DNA of 64,000 nt from Rhynchopus sp. YZ270_cl-10 (lineage: Eukaryota): contig OZ037839.1 in assembly GCA_964035575.1 (NCBI GenBank), positions 620,001-684,000 of the forward strand, written 5' to 3'. The position numbers and the translations under genes were made by a program. This document shows, in pieces, positions 42,003 to 52,600 of the stretch (within the stretch, counting starts at the first letter, position 1; each line of letters begins with the position of its first letter). The notes under the pieces were generated by a model that was given only the letters and a program-made list of their open reading frames with translations, was not told the DNA's origin and did no database searches.

Positions 42003-45000
42003 CACGGGTTGCCTACGATCGTAGTACGATCTCTTACGATCGTAGCATTTTTTTGATCGCACTACGATCGTACTACGATCAAAGTACGATCGTAGTACGA
42101 TCGTACTTACGATCGTATTATGATCGTACGATCGTACTACGATCGTAACGATCGTAGTACGATCGTAATGATCGTAGTACGATCGTAGTACGATCGTACG
42201 ATCTTCCTTCTAAGGTGCTCGCTCTCCATACCTAGACCCTCGAATTTTTTTTTTTGCCCCTATATTGGGCTAATTTCGACGATTTGAGGCCATTAAAAGC
42301 AAAATTTGGCACTTTTGAGCAGCTAGGGGGGTCTAAAACGCGGTTCCGCGAACCCAAAATTTCGTGATTTTTACCAAAAACAAGTCGATTTTTGAAAAAA
42401 TCTCAGTGTTTCCCACGGTGAGATTTTGGGGTGAGAAATCTCACAAAAAAAAAAAAAAAAAAAAAAGTGAGGTGAGAAATCTCACCTGCAGGAAAAAATA
42501 ACTATTTATTCACCTCCTTTTAGCGGGGTTTTATTTTGCGATAACTTCACGCATTTTTTTCCCAGGCGAGGGCTACTTAATTTGCCGAGCGAAGCGAGGC
42601 AAATTGAGTGCACGAGCCTGGGAAAAAAATAAGTGAAGTATCGCAAAATAATCCGCTAAAAGGAGGTGAATACGTAATTTTATTTCACGGGAAATAAAGT
42701 ATACGAAAGGATTTGGCACTTTTAGCGTGACTTATTTATTGTGCAATAACTAACGAGTATGTGTCCTCACAGGAAGCTCTCAGGGAAAAAAAAAAAAAAG
42801 AGCGTGAAAAAAAAAAAAAAAAAGCTCTCATTACCAGGGAAGTTCCTAAGTGGGACCGAGAACATGAAATTCTGGATTTTAGTTTTTTTTTTCCTTTTTT
42901 TTTTTCCTTTTTTCCTTGGGGGGCTTTCTTGTGGTTTCTGGTGGGTTTCACTGTAGGTGACACACCACCAGTGTGGTGAAATGGTCGAAACTCTCAAAAG
43001 CAAGAGTTTTCAGGGGGCAAGAAAAAAAAAATTGACACCAAAATCCTGCACCATCCAGGGCTGTATCCCCAAAATTTTTTGCCTGCGGCGCCATTTATAT
43101 TATTTTTTGCTCCGCAAAAAGAGAAGTGCAAACGCCTCACCATTCATCGGCGGAAGCACTGGTTCCACGGGTTATCGAACCCCAGAGAGCACTTCATTGG
43201 CATGCACACGGTTACCACGAGGGAGCGTATGCCGGTACAAAATCACTGCCCCATCCAAATAATATTCCCAACGTCTTTGGGGATCCCCTTGCATTTTGCA
43301 GCCAAAATGCAACTAGACCAAAGCTGCAAAAAGTTCCGCGCGCGTGTAGCGCGCCCGGGGTTGGGACTCCTTTTTGAATTTCGAGGGGCGGTTAAAGTGG
43401 GCCCAGAATCACAGTTCTGACACTCATTTAGCATTGTGAGCAACGCACTAGTGGTCGTAACCAAAATTTGTATCAATCAAGAATTTGTCCATTTTCTCGA
43501 AATGACCCCACTACAGTGAGGGTAGAGCTCGGAAAGCCCGAAAAAGGGCAAAAAACCCCACCCAAAAAAAGGAAAAAAACGGGAACATAAATCCAGAATT
43601 TTGCTGTTTTTTCCGAGAACAAGGGGCAACCCTGCTCATTACCCTCCCGCCAGCGCTACCGGGTCCCGCGGACCCCTAGATAGGCCCGCTGAGGGGCTGG
43701 CGGGATTGAGGAGGCTGGAGGGAGGCTAAAAAAGGCTGGACGGTCCCTCCAGCCCTACCACCTACATGTACCAAAATTTAGCGTGAAATTATCATTAAAT
43801 AAAATCCCGCTAAAAGTGCCAAATCCTTCGTATACTTTATTTCCCAGGGGAATAAAAAAAAAAAAAATCATGGTTGAACCACGGGAGTACCATGGGGAAC
43901 TGGGTTGCTGACCGCACCATCCAGGCTGTACCTCAATTTTTTTTTGCCTGCAGCGCCATTTTCCCTTTTTTGCTCCGCAAAAAAGGGTTAGGACCATAAT
44001 AGGTGTGTGACTATGTGCTGTAAAAAAGATAGAATTTTACACTGTACCCTAATTTTTTTTCGCCTGCGGCGCCATTTGTTTGATTTTTTTTTTGCTCCGC
44101 AAAAATCCCTATGTTCCCAATGTCCCTGGTCAGCAGTGCTGAGAAATTTTGGGCACAAAAACAACGTCCTGGGCTGGACGTTAAATTGCATCCGGGGGCC
44201 CTTTTGTGGCACTCCTCCTGAAACTCTATGAAGGTCTGACCTGAGGGTAAAAGGTGCTGGGTATGCTACCCTGGGTGCTGAAGGCAGGCACACAACATGT
44301 GTGGAGGGACCTGCAGAGCCCTAGCCAGTGAAGCCAAGGAGGCCCCCCTAGGAAACTAGGGAACGGATTGGAAGAGACCTCGCCGGTAGCCGGGAACCCT
44401 CCCTGGGCTAGTACAATGATGAAACTTCAATCTAAAGTCCACACCCATGTGGCGGCCGCTTTGGCATGCGTCTGTAAGGACAGCCTTGACTGATACTTTC
44501 TGTATTAGCACACGATTGCCTCCCTGAAGGCTACGTAGCTACCTGAGTACAAAAAAAAAAAAACAAGCTGACCCCCCAATCTTCCAACGACAGTGACATT
44601 TATGTCAACAATTTTTAGAAATGTTGCGTACCGTGGCTTCGCTTGGGTGTCATGCCTGCCATGACTGCCGTTTATTTTGTAAATGTACTGGTGCAAATAT
44701 CAATGAAGTGCCGAACTCCGAGAAATTCTCACATTCCGCCGGAGGCCCCCAACTTGAGCTAAGGTGGGGACCCGGGCGCGCGAAGCGCGCCCGGGCTCGC
44801 CACACCTATACAAAAACCCGCAAAACCGCAAAATCTCACCTATTTTCAGAGTTAGGTGAGATGCTGGGAAACACTGAAAAATCTCAAAAAAAAAAATCCC
44901 AATTTTTTTTTCACAAGTGTTTTTGAGGCCTGCTCACTACACCCTAGGTACCCTTCTGGGACCAAAAAGTCAAAAAAAGCAAGAATTGGGCTGTTTTGAG

Positions 45001-47679
45001 CATCTAGAGTTAATTCCCCAGTCATTTTCTGTACCACCAGTGCATTTTGTATGGGCCAGCGCCTTGTCAAAAAATCAAAAAATCTCAAAAAAAAAATTTT
45101 TTTTTTCGGGAAAATTTCGACCCCTGAGTTGGGTTTTTGGGCACCAAAAAGTGCAAAAAAAACGCAAAAATCGGGTGTTTTGACGATCTGGGGGTAAACT
45201 ACATGCACTACTACAGGGGCCCACAATATCGACTTTTCCTTAGCAAATTCCTTGGAGTATTGCATGCCTTGAAGTGTTGCATTTTGTCCTCACTGAGTGT
45301 GCACTCAGAAAACACTCATCAATAAAACGACCTTTCTGTTCGGTAAAAAATAGTTATTTTCTATTGTAGTAGTGGGTTTGTCGTGCAGTGATGTTCTTTG
45401 TACCTGGAGAGTGGGCCGAGTGCAAGGTATGTTTTTAACCCCCCGGTTTTCTCCCTTTTCGACATGTCCGCTATTTTTTAGCTATTTTTTTTTTTTTTTT
45501 GAAAACTTGGTTGTATTAGTGTAGCCACCCTAGAGTGTGCTCCACTATACTAAACATTTTTATGTCACCGCAGACGAGCGCGATGATCTCTCTTGTGTGG
45601 CAGATGTCACACTGATGTCGCTGATACTACTACCCACCGGGCCATCATCAGATGGGGGTGGCGGGGCGGAGGGGGGGCATTGACGACGGATTTCTTCCGT
45701 TTTTTGGCAGTTTTGTCGCATGCTCTGGGGGAAGACGAGCGTTTTCTTTTTGAAGAACGTGTTGATGGATTCTGTTTACGGGAGGGGGGAGAAACAGAAC
45801 GCTTTAGTTTTAAAATACGGTTGGGCTCAGGGTCACCCTCAGCAGGCGGCACGTCATTCGCGGCAGGCCGATCTCCCGCTGCGAGGACGTCGTCGATCAT
45901 GTCACCCTCCGATGTGCCAGCAGAGGAGGTTGGAGGTGAAGACCACCTAGATGCTCTAGCTGATATGCTAGGGCCATAGGCATCGAGTGGTGCAGTTCCC
46001 CATGCCGCGTCAGCGAGCCATCGGACGGACCTTGACAGCTGTGACCTGATAACAGCGATGCTATCGACACCTAGACGGGCACGTTTTTGTTGTGTCGACA
46101 ATCACCTGCTAGTGCAGGATCTGTACTCAATGTCGCCCGAAGGCTATTGTACTTAAAAGATATAGACGGAGGTCGTCCTCAACTCTGGAAAGTCGCTTTT
46201 ATTTATTGTTTATGCATTCTAGTGCTGTAATATACACAAAAGTTGCATCATCAAAGTTTGGGGGATAGGGTGGGTTAAAGGGGTCACGTGAGAAAATAAA
46301 GTAGTTGGTTAGAAATTCAGTACATCTTTCATGTTTTTTTTTTTTTTTTGTCAACAAAAATGTCACTTTTACGTGGGGTACTGGGCGGCTTCTTGTTTGT
46401 TTGTTTTTTTGTTGTAGTCTCTACTTTTACATTCAATTTCTCTTAACAGGTACCCGAACAGACGACCCTTCATCGTGACAGCGAAGCAGTGCCGACGGAA
46501 GAGCTGGTGCAATTATTTCAAAACCAGGTGGCGATCGTAAAAGTAGGGTTTATATACCAACTTTTCCATTAACCCACCCCATAGACCACCCTAATTATTA
46601 TGAAACTCTTAGTCAGTCACTGCTATAGCCATTTAACCCAGGGAGCATAGCTAGTGCAAGAAATTCGACTTCGGGATCCGGAAAGTCTGTCCTCTGCTTG
46701 CGGAGGACTAGACACAAGAAAATATTGCGTTCCCCCAGAATACTAATTTTTGTCACAGTAATTTTTGCCCAGGGCATGCTCTTGAAGCATGGCGGCTTGG
46801 TGTGAGAAGGGGCAGTGTGTTGTTTTGTTCTAGATTTCAACGGTTGTTAGAACGAGTCAAGTGGATGCTTATCTAAACACTGACTTTAGTACAGACCCGA
46901 GAGATCACACATGACTTTGAGGAAAGAACAAAGCAATGCATCTGTACCCGCACGCCAGGTTGTAGTTACTTCAGAATTTTCTTGAGTTTGCATGAACGAG
47001 GAGGGGATGATTCATTCTTCGGGAACGCCTAGTATACCATGGAATGATCATCTCAAAAAAACATGTGGGGGCTGAATTCATATCCCTTAGAATTGCGAAT
47101 TCAGCCTTTGCAGAAGGTACGTCTTACTTGTACTTGTACTTGTATGCCGTGTCACCCTTCTCAACCTTACCGGTTCACAGCTCGCAAGAGCAGGGTAACC
47201 CTTCTCGCTATTGCAAACTTAAGAATTTTCTGCTGTAACTTACCAAAATCGATTTTCTTTCACCCCAAACACCCCACCTGCTACTTCGGTAGCCTGTGTT
47301 GTTGGGAGTTGGTTCTCATGTTGATCCCCAGTGACTGTCTAGCACTGCTTCTTCTGAGCCCAACGTTGTTTGGCCTGTCGACGTAATAAATACGAAGACA
47401 GGGCGGCGGTGCCAACAATTTTCCAATGATGTAACGTTTTATCTGATTGATTATCGTTTGATATACCTTGTGTGTGCTTCATGCACACCATGCAAGGAAT
47501 ATCGAACGGTATTTCAAGCGATATTCGTTATTTCGTTTGGCAAACGTACTACGATCGTACTACGATCGTTTACGATCGTAGTACGATCGTAGTTGATCGT
47601 AGTACGATATTTTACGATCGTTACGATCGTTTTTTGGTACGATCGTAAACGATCGTACTACGATCGTAGGCAACCCGTG
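42003..47679. mobile_element. Non-autonomous CMC/EnSpm-like DNA element B with nested insertions
   Basis: TIR cacgggttgcctacgatcgtagtacgatc, arrays of palindromic tacgatcgta subterminal repeats at 42013-42203 and 47545-47670, and tt on both flanks. Confidence 0.85.
42507..43858. mobile_element. Nested element: ~166-nt fold-back hairpin abutting a ~50-bp inverted-repeat pair
   Basis: 42507-42672 is an imperfect palindrome (tattcacctccttttagcgg...ccgctaaaaggaggtgaata) capped by gcGAAgc. 42678-42727 is inverted at 43808-43858. Confidence 0.6.
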
Positions 47680-48643
47680 TTTTTTAGGATTCTTGACGAC
47701 CGTGCTCTTCATGGTGGGGTCGCGTTGCTCTGGAGTCCCTTCGGGACCCCTCTTAGAGCCCTGTAAGGCAAGGTAAAAATTGCAAAAAATCCCGAAATTC
47801 TATAGTTTTTTTTTTTTTTTCCCGGTTTTTTGTGGGATTTGGTCCCACATACAGATACCTATATACATCACTGGCTCGGGTGGAGGATTATCCTCCTAGG
47901 GGTTTTATAGTGGGCGGTCACTTTGTCTCCCCCCGAGGGAGCCAATATTTTCCCGAGCCTGTATGCACCGTCCAGGGCTGCACCTTAAAAAAAATTTGCC
48001 TGCGGCGCCATTTTCATTTTTTGCTACTCAAAAAAAGGGTTCGTTGAGTGATTCTGTGGTGTAAAAGGAAGCATTTTTACACCGTACCCTAATTTTTTTT
48101 CGCCTGCGGCGCCATTTATATTATTTTTTTGCTCCGCAAAAAAATAGAGTTGGCAATGTCTTTGGATGCCCTTGAATTTTTGCAGCCGAAGAATGCAACT
48201 TGACCCCAAAGCTGCAAAAATTTTGCCATTTTGAGACGCATTGGAGTTAGACGTATTGGTTTTGTATGGTTCGTGGAGCGTACGGTGCAAGAGAAAAGAT
48301 TAAATTTCCGTTTTTTATTATCTCGCAAAATTGACCCGCCTCTCCGCTCTGTGGCTGTCAGGGAGGCGCGCGCGAAGCGCGCGACGACCGCTTGTTGCGG
48401 GGGGAAATTTTTTTTTTTTGGGGTGTTTTTTTGCAAAAATGAAATCCTCCTCATTTCGAAAATTCTGCTTTTTTCGTGGAGGATCTTGAGAGCCCTGGTA
48501 ACTATCCTGTTTTTTTTTTTGAGCGTTCTTTTCCCCACAAAAAAAGATGCCTCTTCTGTCTGTGTGCAAACACTACTCGACCCGCCCAAACACACAGAAT
48601 AATCCTAACACCCCAATTCCCACTCCCGCTTTCTTTACTGCCC

Positions 48644-49645
48644 CTAAAAACCAACGTCACCTAGTCTGCTGCGTACAACGTTGCTACACTTGTCCATTCC
48701 GTCGACTTTCGACAACATTTTGCAGTTGGAAAGAAACCTGTCACCAATCATGGTGACTGCTTGCAGGCCGGTGAAGTCCACTTCCGACAACGTTGTGCAG
48801 AAGGAGAGAAAATTGGTACCAATCGTGGTGACTGATTGCAGGCCGGTGAAGTCCACTTTCGACAACGTTGTGCAGTTGCAGAGAAACCCGCCACTAATCG
48901 TGGTGACTGCTTGCAGGCCGCTGAAGTCCACTTCCGACAACGTTGTGCAGTTGGAGAGAAAATAATTACCAATCGTGGTGACTGCTTGCAGGCCGGTGAA
49001 GTCCACTTTCGACAACGATGTGCAGTTGTAGAGAAACCCGTCACTAATCGTGGTGACTGCTTGCAGGCCGCTGAAGTCCACTTCCGACAACATTTTGCAG
49101 TTGTAGAGAAAATTGGTACCAATCGTGGTGACTGCTTGCAGGCCGGTGAAGTCCACTTTCGACAACGATGTGCAGGAGGAGAGAAACCCGTCACTAATCA
49201 TGGTGACGCAGGGTAATGCAGGCAGGTGCAGTGTGATGCCACAGTTGTCATCCACATTGGGTACGCAACTGAAACCAATGCGCGTTACGTCACTACGTGA
49301 GAAGAAGGCTTTTGGAATCTCAGTCGCAACTTCTGCCTGAAGAAGCAAGCTGGCCACCTTCGGATCGTCCACCTGCTGCAACCTTTCTGCTGTGATGTTT
49401 GTCTCACCCAATGCATGAAGAGCTGATATGGCTTCGTACTTCATCGTTTTCGTCAACACGACTGTGTCTCCAGCACTCAGTTCTGTGATGTCCTCTCCTT
49501 CCTCCTTCCCTCCGAAGCCCATGCGGAAGCTGTCTTCGCACAACTCTGTTGCAGACGCCACCTTCTGCCGCATCGTCTCCGTTGTGTCGTTCTCACCCAC
49601 CTCCATCACGAAGTCCTTCCCCAAGCCCTGGATAGTCAGTTCCAT
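48644..49645 (-). CDS. Ubiquitin-like domain + LRR protein (7 LRR units; displaced copy)
   Basis: MELTIQGLGKDFVMEVGEND... start, and it shares the 3' flank with the array copies. An upstream in-frame ATG exists at 49741. Confidence 0.88.
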   Translation of the reverse strand: MELTIQGLGKDFVMEVGENDTTETMRQKVASATELCEDSFRMGFGGKEEGEDITELSAGDTVVLTKTMKYEAISALHALGETNITAERLQQVDDPKVASLLLQAEVATEIPKAFFSRSDVTRIGFSCVPNVDDNCGITLHLPALPCVTMISDGFLSSCTSLSKVDFTGLQAVTTIGTNFLYNCKMLSEVDFSGLQAVTTISDGFLYNCTSLSKVDFTGLQAVTTIGNYFLSNCTTLSEVDFSGLQAVTTISGGFLCNCTTLSKVDFTGLQSVTTIGTNFLSFCTTLSEVDFTGLQAVTMIGDRFLSNCKMLSKVDGMDKCSNVVRSRLGDVGF

Positions 49646-52600
49646 TTTATGTGTCTCTTGATGTATCTCTGCGGGTGGGTTGTTGGGTAAGGAAGAGCTT
49701 TTAACCCGCAAACCCCAAGATTTTTTATCATCTGAATCCATGCTTGTAGCTATCTAGCCGTGGTACGTGGCGATTTTTTTCGCCAAAAGAAAGAAAAAAA
49801 TCGGCCGGAAAGAAATTTCCCTCGGGCAATAAATTTCCTCAGGAAATAAATTTCCTTCCGGGATATGCACCTGGGAACTGGGTTGCATCCTGTACCTTAA
49901 TTATTTTTGCCTGCGGCGCCATGTTTCATTTTTTGTTCCGCAAAAAAGGGTTCGTTGAGTGACTCTGGTGTCAGGGATTACGCTCCACGTGTGGAACGTA
50001 TGGAAATCCATACGTGAATTGTTTTTGAAAAGGTGGAATCAATACGTGTCCATATGTAGGTAATTTGGGTTTTGGATTGAGGCTGGGGTGGGGGTAGGTG
50101 AGGAGTGCACAGTGCACATGGGGGCTCCGCCCCCACCCCTCACCTACCCCCCACAGAATTCTATTTTTAGAAGACAATTTTCTTCTATTTTACCGGAAAA
50201 GGAAGATGCAGCATGGCGAAAGAAAAAATATTGCGTACCGTGGCTTCGCTAGAAACTTTCGTTTTAGCAAAATATGGAAGTAAAATTTACGGAACTGGGT
50301 GATAGTATTACCAACAAAAGTGCCATTTTTTGTGTCAATATTTAAAGAAATGTTGCGTACCGTGGCTTCGCCAGAACCTTTGGGTGACATGACCCCGTCC
50401 ATCTCCCATTTTTTTGATAAAACAACTTTTCCGGCTTTGAGCGTACAAACAAAAGACCCGATCTTTTCCCCCAGTTCTTTCGAACTTTCACAGCCCTTCT
50501 CATCCAACTTTGCCAGGGAGAGCGCGCGCGAGGTTTTTAATTGTTTTTGATTAGAATTGTACGTGTTGAAAATCCACACGTACAAGTATTTCGGTGCTCC
50601 GGAGCCTGTGCGCGCTGTGATGGGGTCACTTTGCGCTGAGAAATGAGTATTTTTGACCTAAAATGCATGTATCAGTTTTTACAGGCCATTTTTCAGGTTT
50701 TGTGTGCAAAGTATGGTCGCTACTTGACTTCTGAAGGAAAAGGGCAAAGTGAACGTGGGGGCAGTTTGCCTAGCTGCGAACTTTGCTGCATGTTGTGACC
50801 CACCATTTGACGGACGGAGCTCGTAGAACCCAATGAGGAGTGAGAAAGAAGGATATGGTCAAAGAAAAAAGTAGCGTACCATGCGCCTGCGGCGCAAGCT
50901 TGCATTACATCATTCCCGTGACATAGTTTGGCTGTAAAAAAAAGGTGCAATTTTAAGCGCATTTTTTAATGAATTGCCCTGTTTTTCAGCAACAAGCGTC
51001 ACAGGTTCAAAAGAAAACGAAGGTGTTCCTGCTGATGGCGGAGGAGTAGGAAGACTTCGCTCCCCCATATTTGTTTCCGGAATTGAGCTTCTGAGGACCT
51101 TTTTCGCGCGAAGCGCGAATATTATTTTTTCCCAAAAAGAAAGAAATTGGCCGTGGTATTCTAAAATTTTTCGGGAAAAACGGCATATTTAGCGATAAGT
51201 ATGTCTCGTCATAAAAAATATAGGGGATGGGGGTATTCCAAGAGGTAATCCAGCTTAACCAGGTTAAGAGAATCAGACGAAAGTTTTGGAATGTTCACAT
51301 GGCGCGGCCGATGACCCCAAAATAGCAGAACATAGCACAAAAATAGAACAAAAATAGCACAAAAAACAGCACCCCCTTTCAGCCACACCATCAGATACTT
51401 CATTCTGGAATAAAGCCCACCTGCTTGACCTGAAGGCCGGCACCCCGGCGGTGACAGAAAGACCTGCCCCGCACGTCCTCTGTGTAGGGTCCGTTGGAAG
51501 AAAAAGAATCGGTAACAGAAACAAAAGGAAAGGGGAGGAGAAGGCCATTTTTGTTGTGTCGACAATCGCCGAGTAATCCCACCAGGTGGGAGAACTTGGG
51601 TCTGTACTCATTGTTGGCCGAAGCCTTTGTACTACGGAAGGTATAGACGTAGTTCGTCCTGAACCCTTAAGAGCAACTACTACAGTTTTTTTGAGAACTG
51701 TCGCGTTTTTTTTTTTTTTTTTTGATTTTTTTTTTGAGTGTTTTTTCCCCCACAAAAAAAGATGCCTCTTCTGTGTGCATATACAGAGGGCTGTGCAAAA
51801 TATGGTGTAAAAAAATATAATGGAAGGTGGGAAGGTTAATGACGTCACCCTTTTCTTTCCCTCTCCCCCAACCTGGATCAGGAAATACCCCAACCCCAAC
51901 CCTTTTGCTATTAGGAACGAAGTTACTCGTTACAAGATTTAGTAGGGTTCTGTAAGGTTCCCCGAGGGTTATCGAACCCCCCCAGAGACCACTTCGTTGA
52001 CACGCACACGGTTTCCACGAGGGGGGGGGAAAAAGGTAGAGTTGAAATATAAAGCCCTCTCGTGAACAGTGAAAAGAAATAAGAGAAGTACACACAACGC
52101 ATCACCGTTCAAGGCGAACGCAGGCACTAACAAAAAAAAAAAATCAATACTTCCTGGCTTTTTGAAAGCTCAGGGAAAGACTGGCTCTCCCCCCATCACA
52201 CAGGAGTGCACCTTTTTTTACTTTTTTTCTCGAATAAAAAAGACAAAACGGCAACGGCACACCCTCTATAGCCTGGGGGCGTCTAGTGGCCGCAGTCTGT
52301 TGGTGTGTCCGTTGCAAAAGGAAAGAAAAAATGTTGTTTGATTTTTTTTAAAAAAGACTACCATCATCGGGATAGCAGCCACCGATATTTCCCCTTTTCT
52401 TAATTTGTTGGAGTAGTGTAGCTGCCTCGGTTGTGTTGCCACAGTTGGTGCAGTCTCCACTTTCTTCACATAAATCCAGAAAAAAACGCAAAAAAATGGC
52501 GTTATTTTTCAAAGGAAAGAAAATTCGACAGAAGAATGACACATCAATAGGTGTGTGTTTAGGTGATGTGGTCTGACACTGAGGGATACTGTCGCTCTTT

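Noticed and set aside
45607..46101. 164-aa minus-strand ORF
   Set aside because: It has a non-ATG start, is low complexity, lies inside element B, and its ends match dispersed repeats (~51550 and ~52970).
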